The translations under genes were made by a program, and so were the position numbers. DNA of 60,999 bases, counting the filler. It is 8 parts of 8 records of this genome, joined end to end, with 100 filler letters (N's around TTAATTAATTAA, not from the genome) between each part and the next. Parts side by side here need not be neighbours in the genome. Positions count along the whole stretch, not along the records: positions 31,755 to 40,492 come from SRR31147125_34782; positions 40,593 to 50,436 come from SRR31147125_34799; 6 more parts are not named here. One strand, 5' to 3'. This document shows positions 32,465 to 44,600 of this stretch, in pieces (positions within the stretch are counted from its first letter, which is position 1; the number at the start of each line of letters is the position of its first letter). Below the pieces are notes generated by a model that saw nothing but the letters and a program-made list of their open reading frames with translations, was not told the origin of the DNA and searched no databases.

Positions 32465-33361
32465 TCAGCTGTTTTGTTCGAGCAGTTTCCGTGTTTCTTT
32501 GATGAGTTTGTCCCCGTATCTGTCAACCAGGGTATCGACGTCATCCTGCCACGATGGGAAGACGGAGATCCCGTTGTCATCAAGTACCTTGTTCTGCAGG
32601 ATCGAGTTGGCGGGCCGGTGGGCCGGGGTCGGGTAGTCCTCGGTTGTGCATGGCACGAATGCGTGTTCGACTCCCATCTTTTCAAGGAAATAGCAGGCCG
32701 CTTCGTACCAGGACGAGTAGCCGTCCGAAGTGGTGTGCATGATGCCGTGCAGGTCGCGCTCGAGCAGGGTGTTTATCTGGCGGGCCAGCGTGTACGACCA
32801 GGTCAGTGAGCCGAACTGGTCGTTGACGATGGTGAAGTTGCGGCCGGGATCGGAGAGCGCCATCCGCAGCATCGTCTTCAGGAAGTTGGGGCCGCTGGCC
32901 GAGTAAAGCCACGCCGTGCGGAGGATGATCGCGTCCGGACAGGGATCGAGCAGGTTCCGTTCCCCGGCCAGCTTGCTCTTGCCGTATTCGGAGAGCGGAT
33001 TGACTGAATCGTCTTCCGTGTAGGCCCCGGGCACCGGCTTGTGCCCGTCAAACACATAATCGGTTGAAACATGGATAACCCGGGCGCCGATCGTCGCGGC
33101 CGCCTCCCCGATAAAGCGTGGGCCGTCGGCGTTGACTGCCCACGCAGCCGCGATTTCGATCTCGCACTTGTCAACTGCCGTGAACGCTGCGCAGTTGATG
33201 ATCACATCGGGCCGGTGGTCGCCGCAGATCGTGTTGACGCTTTGTGCTTCGGCGATATTGATGGCGGGGTAGTCGATGGGGACGACTTGATGGTTCGGGG
33301 ACAATATGTCGATGCAGTCAGTTCCGAGCTGACCGCCGCTTCCGATAATCAGTATCTTCAT
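32465..33361 (-). CDS. rfbD: dTDP-4-dehydrorhamnose reductase
   Basis: [30 protein letters not shown]. Confidence 0.93.
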   Translation of the reverse strand: MKILIIGSGGQLGTDCIDILSPNHQVVPIDYPAINIAEAQSVNTICGDHRPDVIINCAAFTAVDKCEIEIAAAWAVNADGPRFIGEAAATIGARVIHVSTDYVFDGHKPVPGAYTEDDSVNPLSEYGKSKLAGERNLLDPCPDAIILRTAWLYSASGPNFLKTMLRMALSDPGRNFTIVNDQFGSLTWSYTLARQINTLLERDLHGIMHTTSDGYSSWYEAACYFLEKMGVEHAFVPCTTEDYPTPAHRPANSILQNKVLDDNGISVFPSWQDDVDTLVDRYGDKLIKETRKLLEQNS

Positions 33362-34245
33362 GGGGTACGATCCTGTTGTTGTTCTCCGATGATGTCCATG
33401 ATGTAGGTGCCGTACTGGTTTTTCAGCGTGTCACTGGCAAGCCTGGCGAGCTCATCAATGGTTATGTAGCCGAGCTGGTAGGCGATTTCCTCGATACACG
33501 CGATTTTAAGGCCCTGCCGTTCCTGCACTGCCTGGATATAGCTGGAGGCCTGCTGCAGCGACTCATGGGTGCCGGTGTCGAGCCAGCAGAAACCGCGGCC
33601 GAGCGGCTGGACCTTGAGGTCTCCGCGCTGCAGGTAGGCGAGGTTGACGTCGGTGATCTCGAGTTCGCCCCGGGGGGACGGCTTCACCTCTTCGGCAATG
33701 GCGATCACATCGTTGTCGTAGAAATAGAGTCCCGGTACGGCGTATTTCGATTTCGGCGTCTCCGGTTTCTCTTCGATCGATACCACGTTTTTGTACTTAT
33801 CGAACTCAACCACGCCGTATCGCTCCGGCTCGCGCACGAGATACCCGAAAATATAGCCGCCGCTCGTGAGCTGCGCACATTCGTTGAGCATCGTGCCGAA
33901 ATTCGGGCCGAAAAAGATGTTGTCGCCGAGAATCAGGGCGACAGGGTCGTTGCCGATGAATTCCTTGCCGATCAGAAACGCCTGGGCGAGGCCGTCCGGG
34001 GAAGGCTGGACCTTGTAGCTGATGTTCAGGCCGAGCTGCGAGCCGTCCTGGAAGAGTGCCCTGAACATGGGCAGATCCGCCGGGGTGGAGATGATCAGGA
34101 TATCCTTGATCCCGGCCAGCATCAGCACTGACAGCGGATAATAGATCATCGGTTTGTCGTACACCGGGATGAGCTGCTTGCTCACTACTTTGGTGAGCGG
34201 GTAGAGCCTGGTGCCCGAGCCGCCTGCCAGAATTATTCCTTTCAT
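33358..34245 (-). CDS. rfbA: Glucose-1-phosphate thymidylyltransferase
   Basis: [42 protein letters not shown]. Confidence 0.96.
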   Translation of the reverse strand: MKGIILAGGSGTRLYPLTKVVSKQLIPVYDKPMIYYPLSVLMLAGIKDILIISTPADLPMFRALFQDGSQLGLNISYKVQPSPDGLAQAFLIGKEFIGNDPVALILGDNIFFGPNFGTMLNECAQLTSGGYIFGYLVREPERYGVVEFDKYKNVVSIEEKPETPKSKYAVPGLYFYDNDVIAIAEEVKPSPRGELEITDVNLAYLQRGDLKVQPLGRGFCWLDTGTHESLQQASSYIQAVQERQGLKIACIEEIAYQLGYITIDELARLASDTLKNQYGTYIMDIIGEQQQDRTP

Positions 34246-34367
34246 AATGAGTGCTGATCTGTTTGAAAAATAGTAACCCAGTCTTTACTTAACGGGAGCT
34301 ATAAGGGTAGACTGGAACGGCAATTATCGAACGAATATAGCAGTCTCTACGGAAAAAGGAATGAAAA

Positions 34368-35729
34368 ATGGTCAGTACCATCCCCGCCTGTTTCAAGGCA
34401 TATGATATCAGAGGAAAGGTTCCTTCGCAGCTCGATGCCGAAATGGCCGAGCAGATCGGCCGGTGTTTTGCCGCCGTATTGAATCCTGCAAAGGTTGCCG
34501 TCGGGCACGATATCCGCCTGTCCAGCCCTGAGTTGACCGAGGCCGTTGCGGTGGGGCTGACCGCCATGGGTGTCGATGTCGTCTTCCTGGGGCTGTGTGG
34601 AACTGAGGAAATCTACCACGCCGCGTTCAGTATGGAGAGCGACGGCGTCGACGGCGGCATCATGGTGACCGCCAGCCACAACCCGGCCGATTATAACGGT
34701 ATGAAATTCGTGCAGCGTGGTGCCCGGCCCGTTACCATGGAGAGCGGTCTCGAGGAGATCGGCAGGCGCATCGTCGACGGAATGGTTCCGGAACCTCGCT
34801 CCAGTCGGGGTACTCAGCTGCGGATGGTGGATAAGTCGGCCTACATCGACCACCTGCTCAGTTACATCGACCCGGAGGCGTTGAAGCCGATGAAGATTGT
34901 CGCCAACAGCGGCAACGGGTGTGCGGGGCCGGTACTCGACCTTTTGCAGGAGCGGCTACCGGTCGAATTTGTCACGCTGCACCACGAGCCGGACGGCAGG
35001 TTCCCGAATGGTGTGCCGAACCCGCTGCTGGCGGAAAACCGGGAGGAAACGGCTGCGGCGGTTATACAGAACGGAGCGGATTTCGGCATCGCCTGGGACG
35101 GGGATTTCGATCGCTGTTTTTTCTGGGACGAGACCGGCAGCTTCATCGACGGATACTATATGGTGGGATTGCTGGCGCTCGAACTGCTCGGGAGCGAACC
35201 GGGCGCAACGATCCTCCATGATCCCCGGCTGGTGTGGAACACGCGGGAAATGGTGGAGCAGGCTGGGGGGGTCCCTGTCCAGACGAAAACCGGCCATGCG
35301 CTGATCAAGGAGCGGATGTGGGAGGAAGGGGCGCTGTACGGTGGAGAGATGTCGGCACACCACTATTTCAGGGAATTCGGCTGCTGTGACTCGGGTATGA
35401 TTCCGTGGCTGCTGGTTCACGCGATGATGAGCCGTACCGGCAGGACGCTGTCTGGGCTTATCGGCACCCGGATGGATGCCTACCCCGTGTCGGGGGAGAT
35501 AAATTCTGTCGTCCAGGATCCCGATGCGGTGATCGCAGCCGTCGAGGATGCGTTTCCTGGCGGAATAAAGGAGAGGATGGATGGGCTCAGTGTTGCTTTT
35601 GAGAATTTTCGATTTAATATCAGGAAGTCCAATACCGAACCGCTGCTCAGACTCAATATCGAGACACGGGGCGATAGAGGGCTTCTGGAAGAGAAAACGA
35701 ACGAACTCCTGGCCATCATCCGGGGATAA
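34368..35729 (+). CDS. manB: Phosphomannomutase
   Basis: FKAYDIRG, TASHNP, DGDFDR, GEMSAH, SNTEP. Confidence 0.93.
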   Translation: MVSTIPACFKAYDIRGKVPSQLDAEMAEQIGRCFAAVLNPAKVAVGHDIRLSSPELTEAVAVGLTAMGVDVVFLGLCGTEEIYHAAFSMESDGVDGGIMVTASHNPADYNGMKFVQRGARPVTMESGLEEIGRRIVDGMVPEPRSSRGTQLRMVDKSAYIDHLLSYIDPEALKPMKIVANSGNGCAGPVLDLLQERLPVEFVTLHHEPDGRFPNGVPNPLLAENREETAAAVIQNGADFGIAWDGDFDRCFFWDETGSFIDGYYMVGLLALELLGSEPGATILHDPRLVWNTREMVEQAGGVPVQTKTGHALIKERMWEEGALYGGEMSAHHYFREFGCCDSGMIPWLLVHAMMSRTGRTLSGLIGTRMDAYPVSGEINSVVQDPDAVIAAVEDAFPGGIKERMDGLSVAFENFRFNIRKSNTEPLLRLNIETRGDRGLLEEKTNELLAIIRG

Positions 35730-35771
35730 CGTTTACTGCCCGCACGCTGCGGAGATATAAAGGAGCTGCCA

Positions 35772-37187
35772 ATGATTCAGATTCAGCCGGTAATTCTGGC
35801 AGGTGGGACGGGTACGAGGCTGTGGCCGCTGTCTCGCGAAATTTACCCGAAACAACTGCTCTGTCTGACAGACGAGCTGTCACTGCTGCAGACCACTGCC
35901 AGGCGGGTGTGTGGCATCGAAAACGGGCGCGCGCCGATCTTTGTAGTCGGTGAGGAACACCGGTTTATCACGAAAAGCCAGATCGACGAGCTCGGGCTTG
36001 ATGAAGACTACACCATCCTGCTGGAACCGGTTGGCCGCAATACTGCACCGGCGATCGCTGGCGCGGTCGAATATGTAAAACATACACAGCAGGACCGGGA
36101 CGTGGTGTTTCTCGTTCTCCCCGCCGATCACTTGATACGCAATTCAGGGGCGTTCTACGATGCGGTACGTACCGCTGCGGAAAAGGCGGCGGGCGGCTCT
36201 ATCGTGACTTTTGGTATCGAACCGCTCAAAGCCGAGACCGGCTACGGGTATATCGAGCGGGGTGAAGATGACAGGGTCCTGTCGTTCAAGGAAAAACCGG
36301 AACTCCAGGTTGCCGAGGAATATCTGGAAGCCGGCAACTACTTCTGGAACAGCGGCATGTTTGCGTTTTCCCTCGAAACGTTCTGCGCCGAAATGGAACA
36401 GCATGGTCCGAATATCCTCACCCGGATGACCGAGGCCGTATCGACCGGCACGAGTGACGGCTGTTTCTACCGTTTTGGTCGCGAGGCGATGCAGCAGTGC
36501 ACGAACGACTCCGTCGACTATGCGCTGATGGAGAAAACCGACCGGGCGGCGGTGGTTGTCGGAGCGGACTTCGGGTGGAGCGATATCGGCTCGTGGCAGG
36601 CGCTGTACGACGTCCTCGACAAGGACGAGAGCGGCAACGTATGCCAGGGCGATGTGCTGGTGGAGGATTGCAGGAATTCAATGATCAGGGCGGACGATCT
36701 GATGGTCGCGGCGGTCGGCCTCGAGGATACCCTGGTGGTGGAAACGGCCGACGCGGTGCTGGTCGCTCCGCTGTCGCGCTCGCAAGACGTGAAAAAGATC
36801 GTCAATAGACTGAAAAGTGAGGAGCGTGACGAGTTCAAGTTTCACCAGACCGTCTACCGCCCGTGGGGAAGCTATTCGGTGCTTGCCATTCAGCCACGTT
36901 ATCAGATCAAGAGGATAACCGTAAATCCGCATGCAAAATTGTCACTGCAGATGCATCATCATCGCCATGAGCACTGGGTGGTCGTACAGGGAGCGGCCCT
37001 GGTGACCAACGGAGAACGGGAAATTCTACTGCACGAGGACGAGTCCACCTATATCCCGGCCGGCAATCGCCACCGGCTCGAAAACCCCGGAGTGATCCCG
37101 TTGGAACTCATCGAGGTGCAGATCGGCAGCTATCTGGGTGAGGATGATATCGTCCGTTACGACGATATATACGGTCGAAAAGAGTAG
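35772..37187 (+). CDS. manC: Mannose-1-phosphate guanylyltransferase/mannose-6-phosphate isomerase
   Basis: ILAGGTGTRLWPLSR, RNTAPAI, WNSGMF, RPWG and cupin LSLQMHHHRHEHW. Confidence 0.95.
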   Translation: MIQIQPVILAGGTGTRLWPLSREIYPKQLLCLTDELSLLQTTARRVCGIENGRAPIFVVGEEHRFITKSQIDELGLDEDYTILLEPVGRNTAPAIAGAVEYVKHTQQDRDVVFLVLPADHLIRNSGAFYDAVRTAAEKAAGGSIVTFGIEPLKAETGYGYIERGEDDRVLSFKEKPELQVAEEYLEAGNYFWNSGMFAFSLETFCAEMEQHGPNILTRMTEAVSTGTSDGCFYRFGREAMQQCTNDSVDYALMEKTDRAAVVVGADFGWSDIGSWQALYDVLDKDESGNVCQGDVLVEDCRNSMIRADDLMVAAVGLEDTLVVETADAVLVAPLSRSQDVKKIVNRLKSEERDEFKFHQTVYRPWGSYSVLAIQPRYQIKRITVNPHAKLSLQMHHHRHEHWVVVQGAALVTNGEREILLHEDESTYIPAGNRHRLENPGVIPLELIEVQIGSYLGEDDIVRYDDIYGRKE

Positions 37188-37221
37188 GCGAATAGGCGGC
37201 GGGACCCGTGCAGGCGGGAGG

Positions 37222-37590
37222 CTAGGGCGCGTCCTCGGTAGTTTCTGTCCGAAATTGCTTGAAGGCGTTGGTATAGAGTAGGAATACACGCCTGCCTTCG
37301 GACGACATCCGGATGAATTCGATGCCGGATATGTGGCGCCCGCTTTTATGGGTTGTGTATACCACACGGCCGACCAGGTCGATCAGGTCGTCTTCCAGTC
37401 CCACCGTGATTTGAAGCTCGGCATCTTGTGGTAATTCATAGGTCGTTTCCATCTTCAGCCCGTTAAGGCTCACGTCCAAGGTGCGGCCCATCGAATAGCG
37501 GCCTTCCACACCGTCCGGTTCGATGACAAGATAGTCGAGCAGGTGAAGGGAGTCACATCTGATGAATTTACGTTTTTCGCCGTCCGCCAT
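37222..37590 (-). CDS. PilZ-domain protein
   Basis: EKRKFIR and DVSLNG motifs; AAGGAG RBS before ATG 37590. Confidence 0.82.
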   Translation of the reverse strand: MADGEKRKFIRCDSLHLLDYLVIEPDGVEGRYSMGRTLDVSLNGLKMETTYELPQDAELQITVGLEDDLIDLVGRVVYTTHKSGRHISGIEFIRMSSEGRRVFLLYTNAFKQFRTETTEDAP

Positions 37591-37627
37591 GAAATCTCCT
37601 TGATTGCACATTTCCACCTGTGGCCCG

Positions 37628-38727
37628 CTACCTGTCCGGGAACATCTCTCTGATGGCTGACTCGTCAGCCCTGGTGATGCCTCGTTCAGTAATCAGTGCG
37701 GTCACCAGCCTCGCCGGAGTGACGTCGAAGCTGAAATTGGCTGCACGTGTCCTCTTTGGGGCCACCCTTATTGTCTCTATACTACCATCTTTTGTCGCCC
37801 CAGTGATAGCAGTAATTTCATCTCCTGACCTGATTTCTATCGGGATATCGCTTCCCCGGGACAGCTGCCAGTCGAATGTGGACGAGGGCAGGGCCACGTA
37901 GAAAGGGATGTCGTTGTCCTTCGCCGCCAGGGCCTTCAGATATGTTCCGATCTTATTGGCCACGTCACCGGTGTAGGTGGTCCGGTCGGTGCCGACGATG
38001 ACCATGTCGACCTCGCCGTTCTGCATCAGGTGCCCCCCGGCATTGTCGGTGATCAGCGTGTGCTCGATTCCCTCGTTGAGCAGTTCCCAGCTCGTCAGTT
38101 TGGCACCCTGGTTCCATGGCCGTGTTTCATCGACCCATACATGCAGCGCAATACCGTCGTCATGCGCGGCGTAGACCGGAGCTGTGGCGCTGCCGTAGTC
38201 GACGAATGCGAGCCACCCTGCATTGCAGTGGGTGAGGATGTTGACCGGTGCTCCTCCTTCATTTTCGCGATCTCCGCGATCAGCTGCTTCCCGTGCTGGC
38301 CGATTATCCTGCAGTGTTCGGCGTCCTCGTCGGCGATCCGGGTGGCCGTCGCGAAGGCTGTTTCGATCATGTCGGCCGGATCTGTGCGGGCGGCGACAGC
38401 GGCGGTGACCCGGTCGACGGCCCACGCCAGGTTGCTCGCAGTCGGGCGCGCGCTCTTCAGGAATTCGCCGGATCGGTGCAGGCCCTCCATCAGGTTTCGT
38501 GGATTCGCTTCCCGGGCCGCGAGGGACATCCCGTAACCGGCGGTAGCGCCAATCAGGCCTGCGCCGCGAACGAGCATGTCCCTGATCGCGCCGTGACAGT
38601 CGGCAACGCTCGTGAGCGACACTGTTTTGAAATGGTGGGGTAGTTGACGCTGGTCAATGATCTGTATCGATCCGTGATCATCCGGGTCCGGCCAGATGGT
38701 GCGATAGTGGGTTCCGTTTACGTTCAT
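37628..38727 (-). CDS. mtnA: S-methyl-5-thioribose-1-phosphate isomerase (frameshift near 38250)
   Basis: [19 protein letters not shown] in one frame; [26 protein letters not shown] in the next. Confidence 0.9.
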
Positions 38728-39059
38728 AATTCTCGTCCGTCAGGTGTGGGAACAGGTGATAAGTCGATTCGGCCCGACAATCCAACCACGACCGCTGCAG
38801 AACGTCAACAGCGTATATATTCGGCGGTAGTACTCGTCCCGCTCGAGGTCTCATCTCCTGTTCCGATACCGGAGCGTAGATACCTGGAGTAAGCCTGGTG
38901 GCCGGGTGAGGGCGAAACGGATGGAGGGACGAGTGGAAGAAAAATATTGAATATCATTCCAATCATGTTATTCTCCACTACGTTATTTGTAGCAAAATTA
39001 CAAAAATGTATCATTTGTGATGTGTCGTGATGTACAAAAGATTAATTGGAGGAGCGGGG

Positions 39060-40277
39060 ATGAACAAAGCAGATACGGCATTTATATTGATTTCAGCGGG
39101 CCTGGTGTTGCTGATGACACCGGGGCTGGCGCTTTTTTACGGAGGAATGGTGCGCGGCAAGAATGTGCTCGGCACGATTATGCAGAGCCTGTTTATGATA
39201 TCACTGATAACGATCGAGTGGGTCTATATCGGCTATTCGATGTCGTTTGGCCCGTCGCTCGGTGGTTTTGTCGGCGATCTTTCCTGGTTCGGGCTCAATA
39301 CGGTAACGTCGGCGCCGAGTCCCGATTATGCAACGACGATCCCGCAGAACGTGTTTATGGTATTCCAGTGCATGTTCGCCGTGATCACCCCTGCGTTAAT
39401 CACCGGCGCGTTCGCCGAGCGGGTCAAGTTCGTCCCGTTCATGCTGTTTTCTGTACTCTGGGCTGTGCTCGTCTATAATCCGGTGTGTCACTGGATATGG
39501 AGCAGCGGCGGCTGGCTCGGCGGTATCGGTGTAATGGATTTTGCCGGTGGTCTGGTCGTGCATGCAACCTGTGGCATGGCGGCGCTGGCCGGTGTGCTGG
39601 TAATCGGGCCGAGGAAGGGCTATGGCCGGGCGAGTTTCATGCCGCATAATCTGCCGATGACCATAATCGGAACAGGGCTGCTCTGGTTCGGCTGGTTCGG
39701 GTTTAACGGTGGTTCGGCGCTGGCGGCCGATGAAATTGCAGCCGTCGCGTTCGTTGCGACGCATCTTGGCGCGATGGCCGGGATGGCGATGTGGGTTGCG
39801 CTGGAGTGGAAGTTCCAGGGCAAACCGACAACGCTTGGTGCTGCATCCGGTGCGATTGCGGGCCTGGCAACGATCACCCCGACAGCGGGTTTTGTCGGAC
39901 CCAATTCCGCGATACTGGTGGGACTGATTGGCGGCGGAATCTGTTATACGTTTGTGAGTATGAAAATGAGGCTCAAGCTTGATGATTCGCTCGATGTCGT
40001 CGGTATTCACGGCATGGGCGGTCTGGCCGGAACGATCTGTCTGGGCCTGTTCGCGAGCACTGCGGTAAATCCGGGTGGGGTGGATGGCCTCTTTCACGGA
40101 AATCCGGGTCAGCTGGCATTGCAGATAATCGGCGCTGTCGTGGTTAGTGTGTACGCGTTCGTGGTCAGTTGGGGTATATTCAAGGTGATCGATGTGGCTA
40201 TCGGGTTGCGTCTGAGTGAGGAGGCTGAAGTCGCCGGGCTTGATTCGAGCGAGCACTCGGAGACGGCCTATAACTAG
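39060..40277 (+). CDS. amtB: Ammonium transporter
   Basis: LMTPGLALFYGG, DFAGGLVVH, WFGWFGFNGGS, DDSLDVVGIHG; GGAGG RBS. Confidence 0.95.
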   Translation: MNKADTAFILISAGLVLLMTPGLALFYGGMVRGKNVLGTIMQSLFMISLITIEWVYIGYSMSFGPSLGGFVGDLSWFGLNTVTSAPSPDYATTIPQNVFMVFQCMFAVITPALITGAFAERVKFVPFMLFSVLWAVLVYNPVCHWIWSSGGWLGGIGVMDFAGGLVVHATCGMAALAGVLVIGPRKGYGRASFMPHNLPMTIIGTGLLWFGWFGFNGGSALAADEIAAVAFVATHLGAMAGMAMWVALEWKFQGKPTTLGAASGAIAGLATITPTAGFVGPNSAILVGLIGGGICYTFVSMKMRLKLDDSLDVVGIHGMGGLAGTICLGLFASTAVNPGGVDGLFHGNPGQLALQIIGAVVVSVYAFVVSWGIFKVIDVAIGLRLSEEAEVAGLDSSEHSETAYN

Positions 40278-40290
40278 TCCGCAATGGTAA

Positions 40291-40492
<202 letters not shown>

Positions 40493-40592
40493 NNNNNNNN
40501 NNNNNNNNNNNNNNNNNNNNNNNNNNNNNNNNNNNNTTAATTAATTAANNNNNNNNNNNNNNNNNNNNNNNNNNNNNNNNNNNNNNNNNNNN
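40493..40592. other. Artificial contig linker
   Basis: N44-TTAATTAATTAA-N44. Confidence 0.97.
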
Positions 40593-40701
40593 TTTTCTTA
40601 AAATGAATAATTCTCTTGATTTATTATTTTTCTTATGGTGAAATATTGTTCATAAAAAGAAAATTATTGTCCAATAAGAAATTCAAAATGGAGAAAAAAC
40701 T

Positions 40702-41622
40702 ATGTGCGCGATTGCCGGTATACTATTTAAAAACAACACCCGAACCTTTCCACTAACCACCGGAACCGCTTTGACGGAAATTCTGGACGCCACCCTTCAC
40801 AGAGGACCGGACTCCGCAGGATGGGCCCTTTACCGGCAGCCGCTGGATGATCTGATCCGCATGCGATTTTTCATCTCCCAAAACGGCGGACAGGCAGCGG
40901 ATATTGAACAGATTCGTGACAGTCTCGAAAAAAACGATGTCAACATTGTCAAAGAAGAGATTCTGGGCGTCACCCTGGGTATTCATGCAACATTCAATGG
41001 CGACCTGCTGGCGTTGACCCATGCCGTAGAAAAGGAGCTCAAACCGGTCTCCATGGGAAGACAGCTGGATATCATCAAAGATGTGGGAACGCCTAAATCC
41101 CTGGCCCCCGGTTATCACATCCAAGACTTTAACGGCAGCCACGGGATTGCCCACATAAGGCTGGCCACGGAATCGGGGGTTCACCCGGATACGGCCCACC
41201 CCTTCTGGGCCTGCGGATTTTCAGACATTGCCACCGTACATAACGGTCAGATCACCAACTACTGGATCATGCGACGACGATTGGAACAGTGCGGCATGAC
41301 CTTTCAAACAGAGAACGATACCGAACTCATTGCCGTCTACCTCGCCTTTCAAATGAGCCGGGAAGCCACGTTGGAAGAGGCGCTGGAAGCGTCTCTGGAA
41401 GATCTCGACGGCACCTTTTCCTATTTGGTGGCCACCCCCAATGCCATCGGATATGCAAAGGACAAACTGGCTGCCAAACCCATGGTGAAATATGAAGATG
41501 ACGAGATGATCGCCATCTCATCCGAAGAGGTGGGCATCAATCGTCTTTTTCCCGGCAGAGCCCTTGAAACCAGTGAGCCGGCCCCTCTGAGTTGCGGACT
41601 CTGGTTCAGACAAGATGCGTAA
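40702..41622 (+). CDS. glxB: Class II glutamine amidotransferase-like subunit of N-methylglutamate synthase (GlxB/MgsA)
   Basis: N-terminal MCAIAG, RGPDSAG, HIRLATES, AHPF, VHNGQITN, ENDTE, DLDGTF; gene context. Confidence 0.8.
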   Translation: MCAIAGILFKNNTRTFPLTTGTALTEILDATLHRGPDSAGWALYRQPLDDLIRMRFFISQNGGQAADIEQIRDSLEKNDVNIVKEEILGVTLGIHATFNGDLLALTHAVEKELKPVSMGRQLDIIKDVGTPKSLAPGYHIQDFNGSHGIAHIRLATESGVHPDTAHPFWACGFSDIATVHNGQITNYWIMRRRLEQCGMTFQTENDTELIAVYLAFQMSREATLEEALEASLEDLDGTFSYLVATPNAIGYAKDKLAAKPMVKYEDDEMIAISSEEVGINRLFPGRALETSEPAPLSCGLWFRQDA

Positions 41623-41645
41623 TAGAATGAAAGGAGATAAACACA

Positions 41646-44600
41646 TGACCACCACCACTACCACCATCGATCTATCCGATATGCCCATACGCAGCGCCAA
41701 CGAACTCATTCGAGGATGCGGTGCCATCCATGAGTCCATCGACATCATCAACCCCGATGCCAAACACTATATTGCCGTTGGTTTGACCAACCCCGTGGAC
41801 GTAAGGATATTCGGCTCAGCCGGATATTTTTGCGGAGGACTCTGCGACGGCCCCAGTATCGCTGTGGAGAACAATGTCAGTTGGGGGGTCGGGGATAACA
41901 TGCAGTCCGGTCGTATAACGGTTGGGGGAAACGCGGGTGCCATTGCCGGTGTAGCCCTGCGCGGCGGAGAGATTGTCATTAAGGGAAACATGGGCTCCCG
42001 TTCCGGGCAGGTGATGAAAAAAGGGACTTTGTGTTGTGCCGGTAATGCCAGCTTTATGGCCGGCTACATGATGTACGGCGGACGCATCATCATTCTGGGC
42101 GATTCCGGAGAGAAGGTCGGGGAAAACATGGCAGGCGGAGAAATTTTTGTGGGCGGCGAGGTCGCCTCTGTGGGCAGTGACGCCTGTCTGTGTCTCCCCT
42201 CGTCAGAAGATCTCATGGAGATCGAAGGGTTTCTTGGGAGTCATGGACTCTCATTTTCCGGCACATTCAAAAAAATTGTCTGCGCCGGAAATGATCTCAC
42301 CTACGGCACACCGGAACCTCCGGCAAAAAAATTCCCTTTCCCGTATTTTCCAGTACAAAAAGTGCTTATTGGAATGAAAAAGTTCAGGAAGACATCCAGG
42401 TAAAAAGCCGCATCGGCAGATATCGTGTTCGGGGTTTTGGGACGGCGCGCCATATCCCCCATTTCAATGACATCGCCTTTAAAAAAAGAATTGATGTAAC
42501 CGAAGTGGATGGAGACCCCGTCTCAAAGGTGGATATGAGAACCTTTATCGGCAATCGTCACGGCGGACGCCCCTTGGATCTCTCCATGCCGGTAATGATC
42601 GCCCCCATGAGTTTCGGCGCCCTGGGCGCGGATGTAAAAATCGCACTGGGCATGGCATCAAACCTGTCCGGTATCTCTGAAAATACCGGTGAAGGCGGGA
42701 TGCACTCACTGGAGCGGGCCGAAGCCCGGCAGCTCATCGCCCAGTGTCTGTCCGGTCGACTCGGCTGGAATATCCACGACATGAAACGGGCCGACGGCAT
42801 CGAGCTCTACATCTCCCAGGGGGCCAAACCGGGACTGGGGGGTCAGCTCATGGCAGCCAAACTGACCAAAGAGATTGCCGCCATGCGCGGGATTCCCGAA
42901 GGCATGGATCTGCGCTCTCCGTCGCGCCATCCCGATGTCCTGGGAGGGGACGACCTGATCATGAAGATCCGGGAGTTCAGAGAGGCGGTGGGCGGACGGC
43001 TTCCCGTCAGTCTGAAACTGGGCGGCGGGCGAACCCGGGATGATGTGAAAATCGCCTTTAAAGACAACCTCGATTTTGTCGAACTGGACGGTCTGCAGGG
43101 CGGCACCGGCGCCGGAGGCAACGAAGTGCTGGAATATGTCGGCATTCCCACCATCTCCGCCATCATGGAGGCCATGGACGGTCTGGGCGAGATCGACGCC
43201 CAGGGACAACTTCCCATCGTGCTCATGGGCGGCATCCAAAACGGGGTGGACGCGGCAAAAGCCATTGCCCTGGGCGCCACCGCCGTGGGGATCGGTACTC
43301 CCATGCTGGTGGCTGCCGGATGTATCGGATGCATGCGATGCAGCTCAGGCAAATGCCCGCTGGGTCTGACCACCCAGGACCCCAAACTGACCAAACGGTT
43401 CGATATCGATGAAAATGCTCAGAAAATGCACCGCTACCTGGAATCCATCCGATGGCAGATGGCTGCCATTGCCCACGGGTTGGGCCATGAAAATATCCAT
43501 GATCTCTGTCGGGATGACCTGGTGGCCCTGACACCGGAAGCGGCTGCGTTGACCCGGCTCCCCTATGCCCCTGAGACGGCACACAATGGGGAGCCGACTC
43601 AAAACATAGAAAATACAGTTGAGGGTTTAAAAGAGAATGGGAATGGCCAAATGAATCAAGGGGCAGAGATAGAAGGCTTGGCGATAAAACAAGAAGTGGA
43701 TGAGCTATCCGCCCCGGCATCCTCTGTCACCCAGACATCGGAAACGGGCATCGCCAACTATCCGAAAAAGTCGTTTGAGATCATCGGTCAAATGGCATCG
43801 ACCTCCCGGGAGAATATCGATGAGCAACACCAACTCATGACAGCGGCCATGGCCACGCGGGAAAATCCCTATCCCCAAGAGCGGCCGGCCCATCTGGATG
43901 ATGTGGTGTTCTTATCGGCAGCGCTGACCCGGCTCGTCATCGATCCTTATCGGGAAGCGTGCAATACTCGAACGGAAATCAGCCGTTCCAAAGGGCTCAG
44001 CATAAAAGAGAGACAAACCGATCTCCCCACCATCGACCTGGAACGTCCCTTTCTCTTTACCGGATTCGACACCGCACCGGCCGGTGTCAAAACTGCCTTG
44101 GCCAAAGCGCTGTCCCATATGGGATGTGCCTATCTGGGACGCACACCGCTGGATGAATCAATAGTCGCCCCTCCCCTAACCGGAACTACGGAACAAAAGA
44201 GGCACCCCTGGCTTCAACTGCTCCTTCCAGGCGACACTCCCGATGCCCGTGCCGATGCCCTCATCCATGTAGCGGGAGAGAGATTCACCCCCTTTGAAGT
44301 GACGCGGCTCCACCCCAACCAGTTGGTGGGCATCGCAGCCACAAGCGGCAACTTATCGGACATCCTTGAGTTTGCTCTTGACAATCAATTGGATGCCCTC
44401 ATTTTGGACCACACACAACAGATCGGGCAGGACGCCGCAGAGCTAAACAGCCCCATGGATCTCACGGTCATGAGAGATGCCGTCCGGCAGCTGCGAAAGC
44501 AACACCGGGAAGAGGAAATTGCGCTGATCAACTTCGGCGGCCTGCGCTCCGGCACCGATGTGGCCAAAGCCCTGGCTTACAACTGCAACGCCTCTGTGTT

